Source of the DNA: Candidatus Moraniibacteriota bacterium
Lineage (GTDB): Bacteria; Patescibacteriota; Minisyncoccia; Moranbacterales; UBA9337
DNA length: 64,000 nucleotides
Direction: 5' to 3'
NCBI GenBank assembly: GCA_029865125.1
Contig: JAOUHN010000002.1
Location: 713-64,712 of the forward strand
Below the pieces are notes generated by a model. That model had not been told where the DNA came from and made no database searches. It saw only the letters and a list, made by a program, of their open reading frames with translations. This document shows, piece after piece, positions 9,665-18,633 of the stretch (within the stretch, counting starts at the first letter, position 1; every line of letters begins with the position of its first letter). The position numbers were made by a program, and so were the translations under genes.

Positions 9665-9712
9665 AGTTGACACTAAATGGGTATTTAGTGTAAGCTAGAG
9701 TTATCACTAAAT
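9647..9712. promoter_or_regulatory. Tandem 32-bp palindromic direct repeat (putative operator pair)
   Basis: gtatttagtgtaagctagagtt(ga/at)cactaaat x2, each with atttagtg...cactaaat dyad, 15 bp upstream of the AAA ATPase start. Confidence 0.65.
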
Positions 9713-9727
9713 TAAAATCTTAAGAAA

Positions 9728-11170
9728 ATGGCTATAAAAAAGGAAAAAATAAGAAATTTCTTGAATGATCAAATCGCTCAGGCGGAGTTTAGAGCAAAAG
9801 CATATGTTTTTGATGAGGATAACAAAAGAAGGCCTCAGAGGAGTATTTTTGTTAAGATTAGGTCATATTTTGAGGATTTTTTCACTGCAAACAAATCAAA
9901 GCGATGGATTACTCTGACTGGTCTTCGTGGTGCTGGGAAAACTACGCTCATGTATCAACTTTATCACGAATCAAAAGTACGCGATTGTTACCGATTGATC
10001 TTATCATTGGATCAAGTGACGCAGATTATGGAAAGTAATATCAGCGAGGTTTTGCAGGTGTATGAAGAAGTAATAGGGTGTCACTTAGAAAATCTAGACA
10101 AGCCATTGTTGCTTTTTTTGGACGAGGTTCAATATGACCCTAAATGGGGAGTAGCATTGAAATCAGTTTATGATAGGAGTGATAAAGTGTTTATTTTTGT
10201 TACTGGTTCGGCTGCTTTGCACATGAATAGTAATACTGATATTGCAAGAAGAACTATATTTGAAAAACTATTTCCACTCAGCTTTACGGAATATTTAAAA
10301 ATTAAGAATAAAAAATTTCCCATTAAAGGTCTCAGCGGTAGAGTTCGAGGTGCTATTTTTGCTTCCGATTCGGCGAAGCAATGTTTTGAAGAACTTAAGG
10401 CTATTGAAAAACATGCGGATAAGTACTATATGGGAACAACGCGTATTGATTTTCAAAAATATCTTAATTATGGATCTTTACCATTTATGATTGCACTTCA
10501 AAATGAAGCCATTGTATATGATCAGATCAGCAAAACATTAGATAGAGTTGTTAATAATGACATTGCACAGCTGGGAAATTTTTCGCAAGAAGTTGTTTCG
10601 GTTATTCCTGCAATTCTGTATGCAGTGGCGGATATGGACGCTTTTAACTTTTCCACTATTTCGAATAAGTTTGGTTTGAGTCGGGCAAAGGTAGCTGAGA
10701 TTTTTTCAATTCTTGAACAAACAGAGATTTTATTTAGAGTCTACCCTCATGGATCTCATTTGAGTCAGTCAGTTCATACGACGAAAAAGCCATCCAAGTA
10801 TCTTTTTTCATCCCCTGCTTTTCGAATGATGTATTATAAGATGATTGGAAGTATTATTTCTGAGCAAAACACCAAAGGAAGATTACTGGAAGATTTGGCA
10901 GGGATGTATTTGCATAGATTTTTATATAAAAATACTTATGCATCACTGACATATGACAGTGCAAAGGGAGGCGCAGATTTTATTTTGACGATGCACAATA
11001 AGAGGTTAGTAATTGAAGTTGGCTCAGGAAAAAAAGGATATCGGCAAGTGATTGAAACTGCTAAGAAGGTAAAGGCAAGTTATTCAATCATTGTTTCTGA
11101 AAATGAGTTAGAATTTTCTGAAGAATTTAATGCAGTTAAAATTCCTATTAGATTATTTGTGTTAATGTAG
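9728..11170 (+). CDS. AAA+ ATPase, AAA_14/DUF4143-type with C-terminal nuclease-like motif
   Basis: GLRGAGKTT, LFLDEVQ, VTGS, PLSFTEYL, GSLP, ADF..VIEV. Confidence 0.88.
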   Translation: MAIKKEKIRNFLNDQIAQAEFRAKAYVFDEDNKRRPQRSIFVKIRSYFEDFFTANKSKRWITLTGLRGAGKTTLMYQLYHESKVRDCYRLILSLDQVTQIMESNISEVLQVYEEVIGCHLENLDKPLLLFLDEVQYDPKWGVALKSVYDRSDKVFIFVTGSAALHMNSNTDIARRTIFEKLFPLSFTEYLKIKNKKFPIKGLSGRVRGAIFASDSAKQCFEELKAIEKHADKYYMGTTRIDFQKYLNYGSLPFMIALQNEAIVYDQISKTLDRVVNNDIAQLGNFSQEVVSVIPAILYAVADMDAFNFSTISNKFGLSRAKVAEIFSILEQTEILFRVYPHGSHLSQSVHTTKKPSKYLFSSPAFRMMYYKMIGSIISEQNTKGRLLEDLAGMYLHRFLYKNTYASLTYDSAKGGADFILTMHNKRLVIEVGSGKKGYRQVIETAKKVKASYSIIVSENELEFSEEFNAVKIPIRLFVLM

Positions 11171-11179
11171 AGTTACGAT

Positions 11180-12754
11180 ATGAATAAATTAGATTTGAGA
11201 AAGAGATTTGAGAAAATAATTGAATATCTTTTTTATGTGGCTGTTTTTCTGCTTCCTTGGCAGACGGTTTTTTTGGTGCGTGAAATTTTTGTGGGGGGTG
11301 AGAAGTGGCAATATGGGACTGTTGGGGTGTATTTGAGTGATGTTGTTTTGGTTTTGTTGTTGGGTCTGGTTGTAGTGGGAAAATTGAATGTTGAGACAAA
11401 TTTTCAATTTTCAATTTTTCACCCTATGGGCGATCACCCGAAGGGTGACAATTTAAAATCAATTTTTAATGATGAATTTAAAAACAAGCAAAAACATGTC
11501 ACGGCGAACTTGTTTCAAAATCCCAAGCGAATATTGAGCGCGTGGTTTGATAAGGGGATCCTGAATCAAGTTCAGGATGACAAAGTGAGATGGTTTGCGG
11601 GACTATTTTTGTTTTGGATTGCGCTGTCAATTTTTTGGTCGCCGGACAAATTTTTGGCGACATATTTTTTCTTCAAAATTCTTTTAGGGGTGGGATTGTT
11701 TTTTGCAATTGGGCGCATCAAATTTGATTGGAAAAAATTAATCTTTGTTTTGTTTGTGAGTGCTGTTTTTCAAGCTGGACTGGGAGTGCAGCAATATTTG
11801 ACTCAGGAGGTTTTTCCAAACAAATGGCTGGGAATAAGTGAGCATCAAGCATTTGAGGGGGGCGCAAGTGTTGTTGAGAATTCAAATGAAAGATGGCTTC
11901 GGGCGTATGGTGGATTTGAACACCCGAATGTTTTGGGAGGATTTTTGGTTTTGATAATTTTGGTGATTATTGGGGTAAATTTTCAATTTAAAATTTTTCA
12001 CCCTATGGGCGATCACCCGAAGGGTGACAATTTAAAATCAATTTTTAATGATAGAATTTTAAAAAGAAAAAAATATTTTACACTTGGATTGCTGGTTGTG
12101 AGTTGTTGGCTGCTGATGACTGGTTTGTTTTTTTCTTTTTCAAGAACTGCTTGGTTGGCTTTGATTGTTGGTTTAATCATCTTGACTGTGCTGAAATATA
12201 AGGGGATCCTGAATCCCGCTCCAGGCGAGGCGAGGCAAGTTCAGAATGACAAAGTGAAGTGGTTGATGATTATTTTGATTCCTATAATTTCAATTTTAGT
12301 GATGAATTGGAGTAATTTTTTCACTCGTTTTGATGCTGGTGCGAGGCTGGAACAGAAATCTGTGAGTGACAGGGTGAGTTATTTTTTTGAGGCGAAAGAG
12401 GTGATTGAAAATAATTTGTTTCTTGGAGCGGGGACAGGAAATTACGTCCAGGAAGTGATGAAAAATGATGAACTCAAAAAAGATGTGTGGGAATATCAGC
12501 CCGTTCATAATGTTTTCTTGTTGATTTTTTCTGAGCTGGGGCTCATCGGACTTGTGTTATTTGTTGGGTTATTGATTTTGATAATGCGCAGATGTGGACT
12601 AGAATCACTTCCAATATTTGCAGCGCTGTTGATTTTCATGATGCTTGATCATTGGCTTTGGACCAGTCATTTCGGAATGCTATTTTTCTGGCTAATTTTA
12701 GGACTCACTTGTTGCAAAAAGTCCTCTGGTGTAAGATTGAAAAGAGGTTTTTGA
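11180..12754 (+). CDS. O-antigen ligase (Wzy_C) family membrane protein with several in-frame repeat insertions
   Basis: RAYGGFEHPNVLGG, SFSRTAW, GAGTGNY, PVHNVFL motifs; multiple TM helices. Confidence 0.88.
   Translation: MNKLDLRKRFEKIIEYLFYVAVFLLPWQTVFLVREIFVGGEKWQYGTVGVYLSDVVLVLLLGLVVVGKLNVETNFQFSIFHPMGDHPKGDNLKSIFNDEFKNKQKHVTANLFQNPKRILSAWFDKGILNQVQDDKVRWFAGLFLFWIALSIFWSPDKFLATYFFFKILLGVGLFFAIGRIKFDWKKLIFVLFVSAVFQAGLGVQQYLTQEVFPNKWLGISEHQAFEGGASVVENSNERWLRAYGGFEHPNVLGGFLVLIILVIIGVNFQFKIFHPMGDHPKGDNLKSIFNDRILKRKKYFTLGLLVVSCWLLMTGLFFSFSRTAWLALIVGLIILTVLKYKGILNPAPGEARQVQNDKVKWLMIILIPIISILVMNWSNFFTRFDAGARLEQKSVSDRVSYFFEAKEVIENNLFLGAGTGNYVQEVMKNDELKKDVWEYQPVHNVFLLIFSELGLIGLVLFVGLLILIMRRCGLESLPIFAALLIFMMLDHWLWTSHFGMLFFWLILGLTCCKKSSGVRLKRGF
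11398..11473 (+). repeat. In-frame repeat insertion A (AT array plus caccctatgggcgatcacccgaagggtg hairpin)
   Basis: Near-identical to 11978-12052; both encode NFQF(S/K)IFHPMGDHPKGDNLKSIFND. Confidence 0.9.
11497..11582. repeat. TGTCA REP-like doublet inserted in-frame in the O-antigen ligase gene
   Basis: tgtcacggcgaacttgtttcaaaatccc...gggatcctgaatcaagttcaggatgaca. Confidence 0.85.
11978..12052 (+). repeat. In-frame repeat insertion B
   Basis: Second copy of 11398-11473. Confidence 0.9.
12202..12251. repeat. Solo right REP arm with a GC-rich insert in its loop, in-frame
   Basis: ggggatcctgaatc[ccgctccaggcgaggcgaggc]aagttcagaatgaca. Confidence 0.8.
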
Positions 12755-12784
12755 GATTTAATTTTTTATATTTTATATAACATC

Positions 12785-13735
12785 GTGCCTGAATTACCAG
12801 AAGTACAAACTATTGCTGACGATTTGAACAAAAAAATCAAGGGCGACAAAATCGTTGATTTTGAAAGTTTTTGGAAAAAGTCCATCAAGGGTGGATCCTT
12901 TGATGAATTTTTGCGTGGAATTGTGGGAAGAAAAATTGAAGGCGCACGAAGAATCGGGAAGAATCTTTTCATTGATTTGTCAGGTGGAAAAACGATTTAC
13001 ATTCATTTGAAGATGACGGGACACTTGCTGGTGAAACCAGCAAGCATGAAGCATGGAACACAAAACATGGAACAAAAAATTCAAAATGCAAAGCAAGAGG
13101 GGTATTTTGATGAAAAGGTGAATCAGTATATTCGACATGTGTTTTATCTCAAAGATCAAAATGCAAAACTCAAAACCACAATTCAAAAGTCAAAACTTTT
13201 AAATGCAAAATATGATAAAACGCTTGAATTTTCGGATCTGAGGAAGTTTGGGAAGATTATGCTGGTGGATACTGAAAAAGTAATGAAATTGCCTGAGATC
13301 GCAAAATTGGGCACAGATGTGATGGATGAGAAGTTTACTGTGAAATTGTTCAAAGAGATTTTGAAGAAGAAGCAAAAAAGTGTCATCGGAAATGTTTTGA
13401 TGGACCAATCTTTGATTTCTGGAATCGGAAATATCTACAGAAGTGAGATTCTTTTTGAATCGGGAGTGGATCCGAAAAGGAAAGTGAGTGAGCTGAAGGA
13501 TAGCGAAATTGAGGAGATGTACAAAAATACACTGAAAATAATCAAAAAAGCAATCAAGCTTCGAGGAACATCCGACAGTGATTATCGCGATACCTCCGGA
13601 GCTCCTGGAGAAATGCATAGGTTTTTGAAGGTGTATAATCGTGAAGGTGAAAAATGTAAAAAATGTGATACAATAGTGAAAAGAAAAAAAATTGGGCAGA
13701 GAAGTATTTATATATGCTCAGAGTGTCAAAAATAA
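12785..13735 (+). CDS. mutM: Formamidopyrimidine-DNA glycosylase
   Basis: PELPEV N-terminus, HLKMTG, DLRKFG, GIGNIY, C-terminal CxxC...CxxCQ zinc finger. Confidence 0.96.
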   Translation: MPELPEVQTIADDLNKKIKGDKIVDFESFWKKSIKGGSFDEFLRGIVGRKIEGARRIGKNLFIDLSGGKTIYIHLKMTGHLLVKPASMKHGTQNMEQKIQNAKQEGYFDEKVNQYIRHVFYLKDQNAKLKTTIQKSKLLNAKYDKTLEFSDLRKFGKIMLVDTEKVMKLPEIAKLGTDVMDEKFTVKLFKEILKKKQKSVIGNVLMDQSLISGIGNIYRSEILFESGVDPKRKVSELKDSEIEEMYKNTLKIIKKAIKLRGTSDSDYRDTSGAPGEMHRFLKVYNREGEKCKKCDTIVKRKKIGQRSIYICSECQK

Positions 13736-13743
13736 ATTTCTCG

Positions 13744-13827
13744 TGTCATTCTGAACTTGATTCAGAATCCCGAGATGATACCGCGCGTGTTATTTGATGA
13801 GGATCCTGAATCAAGTTCAGGATGACA
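13744..13827. repeat. TGTCA REP-like doublet
   Basis: tgtcattctgaacttgattcagaatcc...ggatcctgaatcaagttcaggatgaca. Confidence 0.92.
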
Positions 13828-13898
13828 GTGTTATTGTAAGTAGATAAATTCAAAACCTAATTTATTAATCAACTATTTAACTAGTTAACCAAGCTAAT

Positions 13899-15077
13899 AT
13901 GGAAAAGAAGTATAAAATTATTATTGCCATTGTTGCGATGTTGGTGGCAGGGAGTGTCGTGTATTTTTTTGCAACAAGCGATGAAAGAAGAATTGAGACC
14001 GTAGAGCAAACCAAGAGGGAGGCTCAGAAAACTGAAGGAGAAGGAAAACTAATTCAAGGTGATGTGAGCCCAATCTCAGGAATTGCGTGTGAGAATTGGA
14101 AAAAAAGACCAATTGCAGTGATGCAGCCAGCGGACATGCAGGCTCGTCCAGCGGCTGGTTTTTCTGATGCTGACATGGTGATTGAAATGCCTGGATTCAC
14201 TGCTTCAGTGACAAGGCTCATGGGAGTGTATATCTGCAATCTTCCAGATGCAGCGGGAGCAATTCGAAGCTCAAGACATGATTACATTCATCTTGCAAAG
14301 GGATTGGACGCTGTTTTTGTTCATTGGGGAGGATCTATTTTTGCTCTTGAGAAATTAAAAGGAAATATCATCGATCACATCGACTGTATGGTGTATTCCG
14401 AAAAATATTGTTTTAGGTGGGATTGGAGAAATATTGCTGGAATGAGAATGGAAGATTCAGGGCATGTGACAAGAGAAAGCATGGTTTCTATGATGGATGA
14501 AATGGGATTTCGAAAAGAAAGCAATTTTCAGGGATATCCTCATCAAGAAGAAGCCCCAATGGACAGTCGCCCAGAAGCAGGTCATTTGAGAGTGGCATTT
14601 GCAAAACCATATGACGTTGAATATGATTATGACAAGGCAACAAATGCATATTTGAGAACATGGGGAGAAAAAGAAGATACTGACAGAAACAATGGAGAAA
14701 GACTGGCTCCAAAAAATGTTGTGGTCATGATTGCGAAGAGCGAGCAAATTTCACTGGACATTGATTATGCAGCAAGAGGAGTTGAAAATCCTTGGGACAT
14801 GGTTCCAGAAAAAAAGAAGACAGGAAGCGAGACTATCAATTTTCGCTATAACGATGTGAATGTTGGAGACCCATGGTTTGACACAGCGGATAGTGGAGAG
14901 GCTTTCTACTATATGAACGGAAAAGAATATCGTGGAAAATGGAAGAAAGACAAGTCAGATATTGCAAGTAAGTTGTATTTCTATGACACTAGCGGAAAAG
15001 AAATCAAATTTGTGCCAGGTCAAATCTGGGTGGAAATTCTTGAGCCAGGACAAGCACTGAAATGGGAGAGTCAGTAA
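13899..15077 (+). CDS. DUF3048 (YerB-like) membrane-anchored protein
   Basis: N-terminal TM; RPIAVM, ARPAAGFSDAD, TRLMGVY, IRSSR, HWGGS, GQIWVEI. Confidence 0.82.
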   Translation: MEKKYKIIIAIVAMLVAGSVVYFFATSDERRIETVEQTKREAQKTEGEGKLIQGDVSPISGIACENWKKRPIAVMQPADMQARPAAGFSDADMVIEMPGFTASVTRLMGVYICNLPDAAGAIRSSRHDYIHLAKGLDAVFVHWGGSIFALEKLKGNIIDHIDCMVYSEKYCFRWDWRNIAGMRMEDSGHVTRESMVSMMDEMGFRKESNFQGYPHQEEAPMDSRPEAGHLRVAFAKPYDVEYDYDKATNAYLRTWGEKEDTDRNNGERLAPKNVVVMIAKSEQISLDIDYAARGVENPWDMVPEKKKTGSETINFRYNDVNVGDPWFDTADSGEAFYYMNGKEYRGKWKKDKSDIASKLYFYDTSGKEIKFVPGQIWVEILEPGQALKWESQ

Positions 15078-15109
15078 ATTTAAAATTTAAAATTTAAATT
15101 AAATTTCCA

Positions 15110-15481
15110 ATGAAAAAATGTTCCAATGGAAGTTATGATTTAGAGGAAAGAACAGCTGTATTTGGCGAAGATGTGATAATTCTTTGTAAGAAAATTTCCA
15201 AAAATGAAATAACAAAACCGCTTATAAGTCAAATAATAAGATCGGCTACTAGTGTGGGCGCTAATTATCTGGAGGCTAATGGTGCAAGTTCTAAGAAGGA
15301 TTTTCGTAATAAGATTTTTATTTGCAAAAAAGAATCTTAGGAAACAAGGCATTGGCTTAGAATGTTAGCGAAAGCATGTGATGGAAATAAAGATAAATTA
15401 AGGGTTTTATGGCAAGAATCTAGGGAGTTGGCAATGATATTTAGTAAAATTTGTAGTACTATTGATAATGGGAAAAAGTAA
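15110..15481 (+). pseudogene. Four-helix-bundle protein (IVP/Avd-like) with in-frame TAG
   Basis: YDLEERT..F, QIIRSATSVGANYLEA, KDFRNKIFICKKES-TAG-ETRHWLRML...QESRELAMIFSKI to TAA 15479-15481. Confidence 0.85.
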
Positions 15482-15546
15482 ATTTTTGAATTTTCTGATT
15501 TAAAATTGATTTAAAATTTTAAACTTAAAATTTTAAATTTAAAAAG

Positions 15547-16503
15547 ATGATATATTTCTTGTATGGAGAGGATGACTTCTCTTCCACTGAAAAATTAAAT
15601 GAGATCAAAGATCAATTTTTGAACAAAAACGCTCAAGGTTCTTCCTTGAGTGTTTTAGACTTTGATGAGGGGATTGATCTCGATCTGCGAAGCGTCATCA
15701 GATTGGAAGGACTTTTTTCTTCTAACAAATTGGTGATGGTGAAAAACATTTTCAAGAGTGGAGGAATTGATACGCTGAGGCAAACATTTGATCTTTTTGA
15801 AGAGATGAATGGTGTTTTTGATGACAAGGAATTGGCGGTGGTTTTTTGGGAGAGTGAGAATCCAAAGAAAAACACAAAGCTGTTCAAAATGTTGGAAAAA
15901 AATGCAAAGACACATCTTTTTGAAAAAATTAGTGGCACAAAGCTTTCTCGTTGGATTCAAGATAGAGTGGAAAAAATGGGCGGAAAAATTTCAAAAGATG
16001 GATTGGAAAAATTGATTTCTTTTGTGGGAGATGATTTGTGGAAAATGTCTCATGAGATTGAGAAGTTGGTGAGCTATAAGGACGGCGAAGAAATTGCTGG
16101 AGGTGATGTTTCCGAATTGGTTAGTGCTAATATCACAAAGGATATTTTTGGCGCTATTGATGCGCTGGGAAGAAGAGACAAAAACACTGCCATCAAAATG
16201 CTTCACAATCAACTTGAATCAGGAGACGATCCTTTCTATGTGCTCTCAATGTATGTATATCAATTTCGAAATCTTTTGAAAATTGGAAGCTTTTATTTTC
16301 AAGGAATGAGAAACAACTACGAAATTGCACGTGTCGCCAAATTGCACCCGTTTGTTGTGCAAAAGGGAATTCAACAGCTACAAGGTTTTTCGGAGATGGA
16401 ATTAAAAAGAATTTATAAAAGACTTGAGAATCTAGATTATCAAGCCAAAACAGGTCACATTGACATTGTTCTCGGACTGGATAAGTTTGTTGCGGAAATT
16501 TAG
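15547..16503 (+). CDS. holA: DNA polymerase III delta subunit
   Basis: MIYFLYGED start, GLFS, EIEKL, IFGAIDA, LHPFVV; convergent with rpsT. Confidence 0.9.
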   Translation: MIYFLYGEDDFSSTEKLNEIKDQFLNKNAQGSSLSVLDFDEGIDLDLRSVIRLEGLFSSNKLVMVKNIFKSGGIDTLRQTFDLFEEMNGVFDDKELAVVFWESENPKKNTKLFKMLEKNAKTHLFEKISGTKLSRWIQDRVEKMGGKISKDGLEKLISFVGDDLWKMSHEIEKLVSYKDGEEIAGGDVSELVSANITKDIFGAIDALGRRDKNTAIKMLHNQLESGDDPFYVLSMYVYQFRNLLKIGSFYFQGMRNNYEIARVAKLHPFVVQKGIQQLQGFSEMELKRIYKRLENLDYQAKTGHIDIVLGLDKFVAEI

Positions 16504-16610
16504 ATGAGAGATGAGATTTGTGAGTTGAGATTTGAGAAAAACAGAACCACCCTTCTTCGCCAGCTGGCGAACCCTCCTTGAAAAGAATGGGAGGTAAATG
16601 TGAATAAAAT

Positions 16611-16640
16611 AAAAAACCCGACGCTCAGTCGGGTTTTTTT
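16611..16640. terminator. Bidirectional terminator holA/rpsT
   Basis: aaaaaacccgacgctcagtcgggttttttt. Confidence 0.85.
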
Positions 16641-16650
16641 GTGCAAAGAA

Positions 16651-16923
16651 TTATTTGCTCTTTGCGATGGCTTTGACAGCCTTGTTTAGTCTTGATTTGT
16701 ATCTTGCAACGGTATTTTTTTTCAAAACTTTCTTTTGAGCAGCTTTATCAAGTGATTTGATAGTTTGCTTCAAAAGCTCAGATGCTTTTTTGTAGTCTTT
16801 TGCGGCAACTGCTTCACGAGTTTTTTTGATTGCACTTCTGTAAGTTCCTTTGGTTTTCTTGTTTACTACAGTTTTTTTTGCAGTAACTCGCATGTATTTT
16901 TTTGCTGATTCTTTGATTGGCAC
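16651..16923 (-). CDS. rpsT: 30S ribosomal protein S20
   Basis: GTG start PIKESAKK, LDKAAQKKVLKKNTVARYKSRL. Confidence 0.93.
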   Translation of the reverse strand: MPIKESAKKYMRVTAKKTVVNKKTKGTYRSAIKKTREAVAAKDYKKASELLKQTIKSLDKAAQKKVLKKNTVARYKSRLNKAVKAIAKSK

Positions 16924-17158
16924 TTGTGTTGAATTCAATAGTGAGTCGCAGGCATAGGATGCGCGCAAAATCACGATTGAGTATGTTTAAACGTTTAAAT
17001 AAATAGCATGTAAAAAACTCCTGAGACGGGAGTCTTTATATATTATTAGCATGATTGTTTGTTTTTGTAAAGTATTGCGTATTACCTCCTTACGAAAGAC
17101 AAACAAATTGATTGTGAATATACAAATGTAAAAATTAAATAATGAATAGAAAATAATT

Positions 17159-17192
17159 CGAGCTCACTAAAAGAAGTCTTTTAGTGAGCTCG
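17159..17192 (-). terminator. Strong hairpin downstream of the 17202-17735 gene
   Basis: cgagctcactaaaaga-ag-tcttttagtgagctcg perfect inverted repeat. Confidence 0.7.
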
Positions 17193-17201
17193 GGGTATTT
17201 A

Positions 17202-17735
17202 TTATTGACGAGGTCTGAGAGAAATTCTTAGAGCTAATCCAAGAAATATTCCCGTTAATAGCATTTTTATTGGGCTTGGATAATAAGCAGGAGAAAATAC
17301 AACCTGTTGCTTTTCTGTGTCAATAATAGGATTATCGAATCCAACCGTGATTCCTTCAATATTTTGAGGAATTGGTCGGTGCATCGACTGAACATTTCTT
17401 AAAATAGGAGTATCTTGTATGATCAGAGTATATTCTGCGTTGCATTCGGAAAAAAAATAATAGTTGCTGTCGCAACTGATTGATATGCTTATCGTTGTAT
17501 TTTCTTTGGCAATAGAGTCGAATATATCTCTTGAAACATCTTTGGGCACCTCTGTTTTTTTCGGTGGATTTTCAGTGTAGTTCCGTGGAATGACAAACGA
17601 AACTGATTGAGTTTTAGTTGTTTCTATTTCGTGGTATTTTTGGTTGTCGACGATTAGTCCGTATACAACTCCCATTGCGAGTAGCACAAATGCTAAAACA
17701 GAAATCATTTTTCGATGTTCCATGACAGTCTCCAT
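17202..17735 (-). CDS. Hypothetical protein with N- and C-terminal TM helices (paralog of 18634-19176)
   Basis: Hydrophobic termini; FDNPIIDTEKQQVVFSP matches FGNPRLDIEKKTLIFQP in the paralog. Confidence 0.75.
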   Translation of the reverse strand: METVMEHRKMISVLAFVLLAMGVVYGLIVDNQKYHEIETTKTQSVSFVIPRNYTENPPKKTEVPKDVSRDIFDSIAKENTTISISISCDSNYYFFSECNAEYTLIIQDTPILRNVQSMHRPIPQNIEGITVGFDNPIIDTEKQQVVFSPAYYPSPIKMLLTGIFLGLALRISLRPRQ

Positions 17736-17897
17736 AGTTAACAGGGTTTGATTGAAAAGGTGCTAATTTTATTTGCTCAGAGTATGGCACAGAGAAGGAT
17801 AGTTTGCAAGGTTTTTTGTTTGCTGAAAAATGAAAAAGAATTGAAATTTGAGAAGAAATAATATTTAGTATAGAATGTTATGTATTAATACTTTTTT

Positions 17898-18350
17898 GTG
17901 AAATTTATGAGTGATTTGTTTGAGGGAGCAATAACAATATTTTATCGAGATAATGGAGGTGAGAATGAATTTTTGGTAGTGGAAAATTCTTCTTCAGGAA
18001 ACATCACTTTTGTTGGTGGTGCTAAGGAAGGATTCGATGAAAGTTTGGTGGAAGTGGCTAGACGTGAAAATGAAGAAGAGCTGGGGATTGACCCGGATGA
18101 ATATGAACTTGTTGAGACTGATGTTTTTCACAAATTTGTTTTTTCTCCTCACAAAAAGAATCGAGTGGGAAATGAAGGAAGGTATCAAGTTTTTGTTTCA
18201 GACTTGAGTGATGCTGATTTTGAAATTACTCCAACGGATGAACTCAAAAATGTTTGGTGGATGAGTGAGGAAGAGGTTTTTGACAACTTGACCTTTGATG
18301 ACTTGAAAGATGTTTTTGAAAGAGTGTTGGATGAAGGAGTGATAGCGTAG
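17898..18350 (+). CDS. NUDIX hydrolase
   Basis: Nudix box GGAKEGFDESLVEVARRENEEELG. Confidence 0.9.
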   Translation: MKFMSDLFEGAITIFYRDNGGENEFLVVENSSSGNITFVGGAKEGFDESLVEVARRENEEELGIDPDEYELVETDVFHKFVFSPHKKNRVGNEGRYQVFVSDLSDADFEITPTDELKNVWWMSEEEVFDNLTFDDLKDVFERVLDEGVIA

Positions 18351-18590
18351 AACATGGAACACATAGCATATAACATAGAGCATGGAACACATAGCATGGA
18401 ACACATAGCATAGAACACATAGCATAGAACACATAGCATAGAACACATAGCATAGAACACATAGCATAGAACACATAGCATAGAACACACAGCATATAAC
18501 ATAGAGCATGGAACACATAGCATATAACATGAAACACATAGCATAGAACACATAGCATAGAACACATAGCATGAGACAGATAGCATAAAA
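18348..18590 (+). repeat. Tandem 14-mer (CATAGCATAGAACA) built from 7-mers
   Basis: Near-perfect tandem array starting at the NUDIX stop codon. Confidence 0.95.
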
Positions 18591-18596
18591 AATATT

Positions 18597-18629
18597 CAAG
18601 CCCCGTGGGATGCGTCCCGCGGGGCTTGG
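18597..18629. terminator. GC-rich hairpin between convergent genes
   Basis: caagccccgtgggatgcgtcccgcggggcttg. Confidence 0.7.
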
Positions 18630-18633
18630 TCGA

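Noticed and set aside
15338-15340. Stop-codon reassignment (TAG or TGA)
   Set aside because: TAG ends polA, holA and ruvA at expected lengths and TGA ends the RND and sigma genes; long ORFs are intact under code 11
15110-15481. Diversity-generating retroelement suggested by Avd-like fold proteins
   Set aside because: No reverse transcriptase and no TR/VR pair with adenine-specific differences seen in the window
18185-18599. Cys/Met/Tyr-rich ORFs (also 3304-3537, 8715-8957, 46664-46994 and the 5' part of 48103)
   Set aside because: They are translations of the 7-mer, 9-mer and 14-mer arrays, often open in several frames at once, with no start context
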